A DNA stretch of 35,466 bases from an uncultured Iamiaceae bacterium (lineage in GTDB: Bacteria; Actinomycetota; Acidimicrobiia; Acidimicrobiales; Iamiaceae), in the NCBI GenBank assembly GCA_964626395.1, contig CAZVFF010000001.1:1-35466 (forward strand). Direction: 5' to 3'. The notes beneath the pieces were generated by a model. The model worked only from the letters and a program-made list of their open reading frames with translations. It was not told the origin of the DNA and made no database searches. The translations under genes were made by a program, and so were the position numbers. Position 1 is the first letter of the stretch. The number at the start of each line of letters is the position of its first letter. Shown here one piece after another: positions 18,680 through 26,970 of this stretch.

Positions 18680-18981
18680 CCGACGGCGTCACGGGTCGAA
18701 CATCGGGATGGGTGGGCGGAACCCGCCTGGACCGTTCCGGTACCTGTCGCTGCCACTGGAGGTGGCCAGGACGTTGGACAACGACCTGTTGCGGCTGGTC
18801 GGGTTCAACCGCTCTTCGATGGGCATGGGTTCCTGGGGTGGCCGTCAGGATCCGCTCGCCTCCGTGAAACCCGGTGAGCGTTCCGCCGGTGTGATGCCGG
18901 ACGCGCGTGCCGAGGTGGACCGCACCGACGACCCCGACGCGGTGCTTGGCCGGCTGCCGCGGGAATCGTCAGCCGATCATC

Positions 18982-19386
18982 TCAGTGGGCGTCGCCGGGG
19001 AGCCGAGCGAGCTGCCTGGACACCAGGTCGGCCACGTCGCAGCTGACCAGCTCTGCGCCGATGCGGTCCGCGGCGGCCACATAGGCGGCGTCGTAGACGC
19101 TTAGGGATGATCCGGCCGCGATCGCGACAGCTTCCGAAAGCAGCGCAGGGTCGCAGCGGACGACTCCCCGATCGTCTGCGATGGCGTCGATGATCGCGAC
19201 GAGCCGGTCGGCGACCTCGGGTGCGTTCCATGCTCGAACCGCCACGTTTGCAACTTCGTAGTACGCGAGGTCCAGAACGGCGAGCGGCTCGATGCCGGTG
19301 AGCAGACCGACGGCTGGGCCGTGGTTCGAGTCGTCGGTGTCGTGGCTGGCGAGGATCACGCTCGCGTCGAGCAGCCACGTCGTCAT
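18982..19386 (-). CDS. vapC: type II toxin VapC (PIN-domain ribonuclease)
   Basis: ATG 19386 inside track ORF 18982..19713. The translation starts MTTWLLDASVIL (first acidic residue). Later acidic residues sit in LAYYEVANV and SVYDAAYVAAA. The start overlaps the antitoxin stop (ATGA). Confidence 0.87.
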   Translation of the reverse strand: MTTWLLDASVILASHDTDDSNHGPAVGLLTGIEPLAVLDLAYYEVANVAVRAWNAPEVADRLVAIIDAIADDRGVVRCDPALLSEAVAIAAGSSLSVYDAAYVAAADRIGAELVSCDVADLVSRQLARLPGDAH

Positions 19387-19616
19387 CGGTGCGGCCGGTG
19401 TTCTTTGACCAGTGTGGCGACGTTCCCGCCGCGGCCGGTGGGTTCCGAGGTGGCCATCAGCGCGGCGATACCTTCGGCGCGCGCCCGGCTGCGCCGCCGC
19501 AAGTGCACTTCGGCGAGTTTGCGGAGATAGCCACTCCGAGTGTCCCCGTCGCGTTGGGCCGCCGCGTCGAGTTCCGCCAGCAGTGCGTCGGGAAGTGACA
19601 CCATGACCTTGGCCAT
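19383..19616 (-). CDS. vapB: type II antitoxin VapB, ribbon-helix-helix (CopG/MetJ-like)
   Basis: MAKVMVSLPDALLAELDAAAQRDGDTRSGYLRKLAE is an RHH signature. ATG 19616 (ATG 19604 is an alternative). The rest of track ORF 19383..20081 is a shadow of the mcrC 3' end. Confidence 0.8.
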   Translation of the reverse strand: MAKVMVSLPDALLAELDAAAQRDGDTRSGYLRKLAEVHLRRRSRARAEGIAALMATSEPTGRGGNVATLVKEHRPHR

Positions 19617-19875
19617 GAACAGAGTATACCCGGTATTGCCGTGTGTGGGCCCGGGGCGCTTCGCAACCGTCATGGCGCACCCATACCCTCCTCTCACAAG
19701 CCTGAAACCCCACGAGAGCGAAGCGAAAGCCCGATCGCGCTCACCCGACGCGGCCGGACGTGCCGGGCCATCGACCTCGCCGAAGGCCCCGGGGTCGGAC
19801 TCGTCGGGACGCACGGATCCACGATCAGCCCGGTCATGGAGACTCCACGAACACTTCGCCATGTGGACGGTCCGT

Positions 19876-21123
19876 TCACGACACCGGCCGCAGCCGTTGG
19901 TCACGTCCCGGACGCACGTAGGCTCGCACCCGGTCGGCGAGGAGTCCCAGCCCGGTGTCGATGTCCTCGATCTTCCCGCGTAGGTCCACCGGCCACAGGT
20001 GCACGTCGGCGCTGCTGCGTCGCACGGTGAGCTGGTCCGGAACGGTCGTCGCCTCGCCAGCGATGCAGGTGATGAGCGCACCGGCCGGTAGCCCGAGGAT
20101 CGTCGCGTAGGTGTGCAGCTGGTTCAGGTCGGCCGTTGCCACGCTGTCCAACGAACCGTGGTTCTTGTATTTCACGTCGGCGACGAACACGGGGCGACCG
20201 GCCCGCCGGAAGACCAGGTCCGGGTACAGGTCCACTCGACCGTCGACGTCGAACTTCTCGTGTGCCTGCTCCTGCACCTCGATGACGTCGTGGAGATGGC
20301 GGCGTAACCGGTCGCCGATGAACGCCTCGACGAGTTTGTTCATGTCGAGAAGGAACGTCCGTCCGGTCCACCCGCCGGCTCGATCCACCGGGCTGGTCTC
20401 GCCGACGATCAGCTTCGCAATCGGGACAACGGCCCGGTAGTGCTCGTCGAGTCGTGTGGGGTTCCAGTCACGCACCGCCTCGATCGTGTCGGGCTCCAGC
20501 GACACCCCTTCGAAACGGCCGAGGTGTCGTCGCAGGGTCACCCGGTCGGGGCTCGGCACCCCGGGTACCCGCAACGACCGATCGGTGGCGGCGAGCAGCA
20601 ACCGGTTGAGCGCGATGTCGGCTGTGTACTCCTCGTACCGGCACGGCACCCACATCCCGGGCCCCGGGCGGGTCGCGAGGCCCGCGAAGTCGAGCCGCCC
20701 CCGGATGGTCCGCAACCGTTCGGCACGGCCCTGGTAGTCACGACGCATCCCTTTGGCCAGCAGGTCATCGAGGCGGTGGCGGAACAGACGCACCAGGGCG
20801 ACGAGCAGGTCGGGCTCGGTGTCAAAATCGAACAGATCATGGCCGATCGTCAATGACCCGACGTCGACGTCCAGCAACGCGAACAGGTTTCGCATCCCGA
20901 TCTTCGGACGGATCGAGAACCGCCACTCCCCGACCGCCACGACCCCGACCATCTGGGATGGACGAAACAGCCATCCCCCACCCGCCGGTCGGACCTCGAT
21001 ACCCCACCCTCGGTTCGCGGCAAGGGTCTCGGCGACCTGCCGCGGCACGTCGACCGGCTCAGCGGTCCAGCGCCATTCGACGAGCTCGACGACCCGATCA
21101 CCACGGTCGTTCGGATGGGTCAC
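19876..21123 (-). CDS. mcrC: McrC-family restriction endonuclease subunit
   Basis: GTG 21123 overlaps the mcrB stop (GTGA). C-terminal PD-(D/E)xK: VDLYPDLVF...VFVADVKYK. Size and position immediately downstream of a McrB-type AAA+ GTPase fit. Confidence 0.85.
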   Translation of the reverse strand: MTHPNDRGDRVVELVEWRWTAEPVDVPRQVAETLAANRGWGIEVRPAGGGWLFRPSQMVGVVAVGEWRFSIRPKIGMRNLFALLDVDVGSLTIGHDLFDFDTEPDLLVALVRLFRHRLDDLLAKGMRRDYQGRAERLRTIRGRLDFAGLATRPGPGMWVPCRYEEYTADIALNRLLLAATDRSLRVPGVPSPDRVTLRRHLGRFEGVSLEPDTIEAVRDWNPTRLDEHYRAVVPIAKLIVGETSPVDRAGGWTGRTFLLDMNKLVEAFIGDRLRRHLHDVIEVQEQAHEKFDVDGRVDLYPDLVFRRAGRPVFVADVKYKNHGSLDSVATADLNQLHTYATILGLPAGALITCIAGEATTVPDQLTVRRSSADVHLWPVDLRGKIEDIDTGLGLLADRVRAYVRPGRDQRLRPVS

Positions 21124-24041
21124 CGAGGTGCATCTCCGGCCGGGAGCGACTCGGCGGCGTCTCCGAGTTCGGCAGCGTCGTCACCGGGCACGAGGGGTAC
21201 GGCATCACCGATGGCGAGCTCGTCGCCTCCCGAGCCGGCCCACATCGCGTCGAAGGAGAACCGCTTCTGCATCTCGGGGTTGCCGAAGAACAGATCCTCG
21301 ATCAGAGGGCGGATCTGCAGGTCCCAGATCTCCCGCAGCATCGTCTCGTCGATCGCGAGTCGCATGAAGTAGCTGGGCCCCAACACGAGATGCCGGCCAC
21401 CCAGCGCGTCGGCAAGGCTGTTGTTGACCCGGTCGACGAAGTCCGGCAACACCTCGAGTTGGCCCTCCTCGTCGACCCACCGTTCCAGGACCCGGGCGAT
21501 GGGGTTGTTGCCCTCCACGTCGGGGGTGAAGTCGATGAAGCGGAACCGGCGACGCATCGCGGCGTCGATCAGTGCGACCGACCGGTCGGCGGTGTTCATC
21601 GTGCCGATGATCCACAGGTTCTCCGGGAGTTCGAACGCCTCCTCGGGTCGGTAGAGCAGGTTGGCCGAGCGGTCGCGGTATTCGAGCAGGAAGAGCAGTT
21701 CACCCAGAACGCGCGGCAGGTTGGCCCGGTTGATCTCGTCGATGATGAGGATGTGCGGTCGCCCCGGTTCGGCGCGGGCGGCCTCGGCCATACGCACGAG
21801 CGGCCCCGGGAACAGCTGGTAGGTGAAGCCGTCGCCGTCACGGTTCGGGACGGGCCGGTAGCCCTCCACGAAGTCCTCGTAGCCGTACGACGGGTGGAAC
21901 TGCACCAACATCCGGTGGCTGTCCTCGGGGGCGATCGCTTTGGCCATCTCCTGGGCGATGTGGGTCTTGCCCGTCCCGGGTGGCCCGTAGAAAATCACCT
22001 GCCTCGTGGTCCGCAACTGGTCGTACCAGGCGAGCAGATCCTCGGGTTCCAGGTACAGCTTCGGGGCGAGCGCGGTGAGGTTCGCGATCGCACCGGTTTC
22101 CGTGTCGACGTCCGCTGCGTCGGTTTCTGCGTCGTCGACGCGTTCCTCCAACAACCAGTAGAGGAAGCGACTCTGGCCCCACAGGTCGCCGGGAAAATGC
22201 GGGTCGAGGAGGCCGCGAAGGATCCGGTTCGATTCGACCTGCCGCCGACCGGGCATGAGCTCCATGTCCGGGACGGGGAGCCCCAGACGCGTCAACATCC
22301 CGGCTTTCCCACTGTCGCCGGTGAACGGATAGACGGGGATGATCTCGTCGGGCCGGGTGACCGCGAGCAGCTTCATCGTCATGGCCTCACCCAGGCCACT
22401 GACGTTCACGGGGTCGTCGTGGTCGACGATCCGGTCGATACGCCGGGCGAGATCGTCATCGCTCCAGAGCAGGTATCGGATCGACTGGATGATCCGCGTC
22501 CATTCCTCGTCGTCGGCTTCGTTGATGACGCGATGCAGGTGCGAGTGCGGACCCGGGTTGCCGTAGCGGGGTGCGATCAGGGCTTTGAGGTGCTGCTTGG
22601 ACAGCGCCCCCAGGACGGCTCTCTGGAACGGCGCCGCGAGAGCTGCGGCTTCGGCTTTGCGGGCGAGGTCGTCCCCACCCGGGTATCCGGTTGCGGCGCG
22701 GAAGGTCCCGACCAGGTCGGTGAGATCGTCGGTATCGCTCGTCTCGGCGGTGGCGGCACCGGCGCTGATCCGCTCGTGGGCGCGGTGGAACGGCTCGGCG
22801 AGTGTCTCGACGGCGGCACGAACTTGGGCACGCAGATCGTCGATGGCGGCGATGGACGACACATCGAGCTCGACGGCGGCATCGGTCCAGTCCCGATCAT
22901 CGGGAACGAACACACCATCGCCGCCGTCCCAGACCTGCTTGTACAGCGACACGCCGTCGGGGAATTCACCTCCGAGTGCCTTTCGGAGCTCCCGGGTGTA
23001 CCCGCCTTTCCCACCGACGTGGTACGTGTGCACCGCGACCGTCACGCGTTCCCGATCGACACGGAACCGAACCGGCGGGTGGGTCTGGGGGTCCTCGACG
23101 AACTGCCAGCGGACGTACTGGTCGTTCCGGGCGGTCACCTTCTCCGGTGAATTCACCCAGTAGGGCGAGACCACTTGCGACCTCATCTCGCCACCGAGCA
23201 CGTCTTCCACCACCGGTCGGAGCTGCTCACCGACGCGCTCGACGTCGAGGAGCATCTGTTCGGCGTTGCGGAGACGTGCCGTCCACGCCGTGTGTGCCGC
23301 GACGTCATCCGGTGAGGGTTCCGATGACGGGATCGTCGTCACCCACGCGTTCCGTTCGATGATGGTCGGGTCGAGTCCGAGCACGGCCCGGTGTTCCTCG
23401 GTCCCGAACCACGACAGGACGTGCCAGGCGTGCTGCCGGTCGTCGTCGAGTGCCGCGAGGAGGTCGTGGTAGGCGCGGTAATAGTCGCCGGGGTTGTCCT
23501 TGTCGTCGACGAGCCACCCGAACGCGAGCAGACCGTTCTTCGCGTTCGTCCACATGGGTTGCCAGCCCGAGCGGTCCTGGAGCCACCAGAACCAGGACGC
23601 GAAGAACGGCACCCGGCCGATCTGGACACCCGACCCGGTCCGGCGGAGGGCCACCACCCACTCGGCGAACTCCTCGAGTTTCGCGACGGCGTCATCGAGA
23701 TCGGTCGGCACCGTGATCACCCGGCGCAGCGGCCCCTCCGCATCACCAGCCGGGGCGTCCTTCACCATCTGGTTGAGGCTCATCGCCCCGGCGAAGCCGG
23801 AGAAGCCGAACAGTGGCTTGCCGGCCGTCCAGCGCTGGATTGCGTCCCGTAGCCCTTCAGCCGATTCCGCCCCGGCGAGGAACGCCTCGACGGTAGTGAG
23901 GAGCTCGGGGCGTTGCGCTGCGCGGATTCGCTCTTCGTCCTCCACGTCGATCCCACTCCGCTCCCGGAACGTCGGGACCAGTTGCCGTTCGTACCGCTCA
24001 CGGCGGAACTCGATCTCCCGCGGATGCCACGTCTGCCTCAT
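21120..24041 (-). CDS. mcrB: McrB-family AAA+ GTPase with a ~650-aa unassigned N-terminal region
   Basis: Walker A FYGPPGTGKTH (about 21963..21986). ILIIDEINRANLPRVLGELLFLLE and IIGTMNTADRS are typical of the McrB/AAA_5 core in the C-terminal third. I recognise no motif in residues 1-650. Confidence 0.87.
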   Translation of the reverse strand: MRQTWHPREIEFRRERYERQLVPTFRERSGIDVEDEERIRAAQRPELLTTVEAFLAGAESAEGLRDAIQRWTAGKPLFGFSGFAGAMSLNQMVKDAPAGDAEGPLRRVITVPTDLDDAVAKLEEFAEWVVALRRTGSGVQIGRVPFFASWFWWLQDRSGWQPMWTNAKNGLLAFGWLVDDKDNPGDYYRAYHDLLAALDDDRQHAWHVLSWFGTEEHRAVLGLDPTIIERNAWVTTIPSSEPSPDDVAAHTAWTARLRNAEQMLLDVERVGEQLRPVVEDVLGGEMRSQVVSPYWVNSPEKVTARNDQYVRWQFVEDPQTHPPVRFRVDRERVTVAVHTYHVGGKGGYTRELRKALGGEFPDGVSLYKQVWDGGDGVFVPDDRDWTDAAVELDVSSIAAIDDLRAQVRAAVETLAEPFHRAHERISAGAATAETSDTDDLTDLVGTFRAATGYPGGDDLARKAEAAALAAPFQRAVLGALSKQHLKALIAPRYGNPGPHSHLHRVINEADDEEWTRIIQSIRYLLWSDDDLARRIDRIVDHDDPVNVSGLGEAMTMKLLAVTRPDEIIPVYPFTGDSGKAGMLTRLGLPVPDMELMPGRRQVESNRILRGLLDPHFPGDLWGQSRFLYWLLEERVDDAETDAADVDTETGAIANLTALAPKLYLEPEDLLAWYDQLRTTRQVIFYGPPGTGKTHIAQEMAKAIAPEDSHRMLVQFHPSYGYEDFVEGYRPVPNRDGDGFTYQLFPGPLVRMAEAARAEPGRPHILIIDEINRANLPRVLGELLFLLEYRDRSANLLYRPEEAFELPENLWIIGTMNTADRSVALIDAAMRRRFRFIDFTPDVEGNNPIARVLERWVDEEGQLEVLPDFVDRVNNSLADALGGRHLVLGPSYFMRLAIDETMLREIWDLQIRPLIEDLFFGNPEMQKRFSFDAMWAGSGGDELAIGDAVPLVPGDDAAELGDAAESLPAGDAPR

Positions 24042-24186
24042 GGGCCCACGGTTCTACCAGCCGCCACGGACAGGGAGCTCTCGCTCCGCCAAGATCACGG
24101 GATCCGTACATTGAACCGGCGCATCAGCACGGTACCGAGCGAGTGATACACCATCCCGGCTGCGCGATCGGTGGCAGAATTCGGCG

Positions 24187-26310
24187 ATGACGGGCCATCT
24201 GTTCATAACTCGTGGCGACCTGCTGCATCTGCACTGTGATGCGATCTTGATCCCGAGCGGAACCGATGCCATGGGGAGGTACGGACATCTCGTGTCTCCG
24301 TGGCGGGCGATACCGGGGTTGCCGGTCGATGCCACGGACTGTCTCCGCACAGCTCCCACCGACGAGGAGCGTGCGGTGGAAGTGATCGCTGGGTCGGAGT
24401 CGAAACGGGCGGTCTGGGCTGCGCACTCGGGCGACCTGGGAAAGCCGCCCGCGTGGTATGCGGAGCCGTACGAGGCGTTCATCGCCACTGCGGCCGGACG
24501 ATGCACCGTTCCCGGCGAGATGCTCGGCGCCGCACGCCCACTGCTGGGAGTCCCGCTGCTGGGCACCGGTCACGGTGGCAAGAGGCACGAACGTGGACAG
24601 GTGATGGAGGTGGTGATCGGACGGCTCATGGACATCCTCGGCAACGACGCGATACATGCCGACGTCGTCCTGGTCACGAACGACGAGAACTCGTACTGCG
24701 CGGCACAAGCGGCCCGCGCGAATTGGATCCGGGCGAGCAACACCGCCGATGTCCTCTCGGACATCGAACACGAAACGGTCGAACGACTCACTCGTGAGGC
24801 AAAGGCGGGCCGGCTCGTGTTGTTTCTCGGCGCAGGCGTGAGCATTGGCGCCGGCCTGCCGTCGTGGAACAAGCTGTTGACCAACCTCGCCGACAAGACC
24901 GACCTCAGCAGTGCCGAGCGCGCCCAACTCGAGACACTCGACCCTCGTGACGCGGCAGCCGTGATCGAGCGTCGTCTCGAAGGTGGCGAAGCTCCTGAAG
25001 GCGGTGGTCTCCGCGCCGCGATCGAGCAGATCGTCGATCGGGATCCACTCCGGGTTTCCCTGCTCCATCAACTGCTCGCGGCGCTGCCGAGTACCGAGGT
25101 GCTGACGACCAATTACGACCGGCTCTTCGAGCAGGCATGGGAAGACGCCGAGCGCGAGCCAACCGTTGTCCCGAAGGATCTGGGCGAGGAGGGGCCCGCC
25201 GGGACAGGACGGGCAGAGTGGATCGTGAAGTTGCACGGATCGGTCGACGACAAGTCCGGCCGCCCACTCGTCCTTTCGAGAGGTGATTATCTGCGCTTCG
25301 AGACGTCGGGTGCCGCGTTGGCAGGGATCGTCCAGGCCATGTTCCTCATGCGTCACCTGTTGTTCGTCGGGTACTCGTTGTCGGACGACAACCTGCACCG
25401 CATCGTCCACCAGGTGCACGAGACCATCGCCACCGCGGCGTATCCACGGGGGCACATGGGCAAGTTCGGAACCGTGCTGACCGACCAGGAGCCACGGTTG
25501 CAGGACAAGATCTGGGAGGACGAGCTCACGTTCTTGTCGACGCACACCGGCGGCGGCGACACCGATGCGATCCGTCGCGTCGCGATCATCCTCGACGAAC
25601 TCGCTGCCGCGACAGCTCCCCAGGGTCGCTACCTGGAAGATCCTTCGTTCGACGCCATGTTGAACGACGAGGAGATCGCGGTGCGAGAGCACCTGCACGC
25701 CCTGCGGAAGGCTACACACGCCCCTGGGGTCGGGGTTGCGATCCGAACCGCGATCGAAGGGGCCCTGTCGGCATTCGGTCTCGCACGCGATGACCTGTTC
25801 CCCACCACGCGGTACGAATCATTGACAATCGCATCGGGTCGTCACATCGAAATCGGTGTGGTCGAGCACGAGTTCCAGGAGTGGCGCGGCACTCCCCCAG
25901 CATGCTCGTACGGTCGGAAACCGGCAGTCGAGTTCGCAGGGCAAGGCGTCTTCGCCGAGATCGTCATCGTGCGCCTCTGTCAGCAGGCCGGTTGGGACGC
26001 GCTCTGGGCATCGACGTACGGCGGTCTCCGCTACTTCGACCAGCAACCCTTGGCCGACCGATCGAACACCGCAACGGCGCCAGGGCATCTCGACAAGATG
26101 GTCCACCGTATTGCCGAGGCAAAGGACGGGAAGGTCGCCGGTACGTTCGACGTGATCGCGTGGCGCGGTGACGAGTTCCGATTCATCGAGGCGAAACGCT
26201 CGGGCCGCGACCGGGTTCGCGAGACGCAGATCCAGTGGCTCGCCGCGGCACTCGACCTCGGCTTCGACATCGGCGACTTCATGCTCTTCGAATGGCGGCT
26301 GAAGCACTGA
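24187..26310 (+). CDS. three-domain fusion: Macro/SLOG-like N-terminal domain + defence-type SIR2 (SIR2_2) + C-terminal VRR-NUC (PD-(D/E)xK) nuclease
   Basis: aa 1-175: ITRGDLLHLHCDAILIPSG and PLLGVPLLGTGHGG. aa 205-470: LVLFLGAGVSIGAGLPSWNKLL, TTNYD (N309, nt 25111-25113), IVKLHGS (H350, nt 25234-25236), LLFVGYSLSDDN. aa 585-705: FAEIVIVRLCQQAGWDALW...TFDVIAWRGDEFRFIEAKRSGRDRVRETQIQWL (D655, E668-x-K670, Q681). Confidence 0.85.
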   Translation: MTGHLFITRGDLLHLHCDAILIPSGTDAMGRYGHLVSPWRAIPGLPVDATDCLRTAPTDEERAVEVIAGSESKRAVWAAHSGDLGKPPAWYAEPYEAFIATAAGRCTVPGEMLGAARPLLGVPLLGTGHGGKRHERGQVMEVVIGRLMDILGNDAIHADVVLVTNDENSYCAAQAARANWIRASNTADVLSDIEHETVERLTREAKAGRLVLFLGAGVSIGAGLPSWNKLLTNLADKTDLSSAERAQLETLDPRDAAAVIERRLEGGEAPEGGGLRAAIEQIVDRDPLRVSLLHQLLAALPSTEVLTTNYDRLFEQAWEDAEREPTVVPKDLGEEGPAGTGRAEWIVKLHGSVDDKSGRPLVLSRGDYLRFETSGAALAGIVQAMFLMRHLLFVGYSLSDDNLHRIVHQVHETIATAAYPRGHMGKFGTVLTDQEPRLQDKIWEDELTFLSTHTGGGDTDAIRRVAIILDELAAATAPQGRYLEDPSFDAMLNDEEIAVREHLHALRKATHAPGVGVAIRTAIEGALSAFGLARDDLFPTTRYESLTIASGRHIEIGVVEHEFQEWRGTPPACSYGRKPAVEFAGQGVFAEIVIVRLCQQAGWDALWASTYGGLRYFDQQPLADRSNTATAPGHLDKMVHRIAEAKDGKVAGTFDVIAWRGDEFRFIEAKRSGRDRVRETQIQWLAAALDLGFDIGDFMLFEWRLKH

Positions 26311-26361
26311 CACCGACTGTCGGTTCATCGACGAACCCCTCGACAAGCGAATAATGTAAGG

Positions 26362-26733
26362 GTGAAGCGCCCCGGGTTTTGTGGAGGCTGTGGTGTGTCC
26401 CGGGACGCTTCAGACAAGGGCGACATCGTCGGTATCGAAGAGGACTTCGAATTCGTCGGTGGAAAAGATGTCGACGGTTGGGAGCTGTGGCTCACCTGCG
26501 CCGTGGACACATCGATGGGCAAGGTCGCCGCGACCGAGCTCGACATCGCCTACTGCGATTTCGATGGTAGGACCGTCGCCAAGATCAGTGTCGGGCCGAG
26601 CCCCCGTCCGGTGTTCGCGCTCCACCCCAAGGGCGAGAAGCGCCAACGGTTCCTTGCACGCACCAACAATTCAACCGAGGAACTCGAGGGCGAGGAACTT
26701 CTCGACTACAAGGCACGGAGATGGCCGGAGTGA
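26362..26733 (+). CDS. small ORF resembling the C-terminal two-thirds of an AlbA_2/Schlafen-type DNA-binding domain (possibly a 5'-truncated remnant)
   Basis: GDIVGIEEDFEF...DGRTVAKISVGPSPRPVFALHPKGEKRQRFLARTNNSTEELEGEELLDYKARRW follows the AlbA_2 pattern (V-V-PS--PV ... F--R-GNST--L---E). It lacks the N-terminal E-x-K / NT-GG segment. The GTG start is weak and local GC is lower. Confidence 0.45.
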   Translation: MKRPGFCGGCGVSRDASDKGDIVGIEEDFEFVGGKDVDGWELWLTCAVDTSMGKVAATELDIAYCDFDGRTVAKISVGPSPRPVFALHPKGEKRQRFLARTNNSTEELEGEELLDYKARRWPE

Positions 26734-26970
26734 CCGAGCACGCTTGACGCGAGCCGTCGCCCGTGCCCGCCGGACAACGGCCGTGCACCCCTTCGGGCGA
26801 CACCGGCCGACCGGCACGCGCTGCATCGGGAGGACTGATTGTCACAGCGCCCACCTACGATCATCGACGTACGCCGCTGGCTCGTCGAACTGATCGGTCT
26901 GCGGCGCCGGCAAAGCAAGCCGTAGCAGGCCTCGGTCGTCGACCACCGTCTGCTCGGAGGGAGGGAACCC

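Noticed and set aside
10478-25719. Other long shadow ORFs (10478..12298, 13470..15164, 16790..18508, 20853..23150, 24124..25719)
   Set aside because: Each lies antisense to a gene with strong family motifs and has low-complexity Arg/Pro/Gly composition. Such ORFs are expected because stop codons are rare in GC-rich antisense frames.
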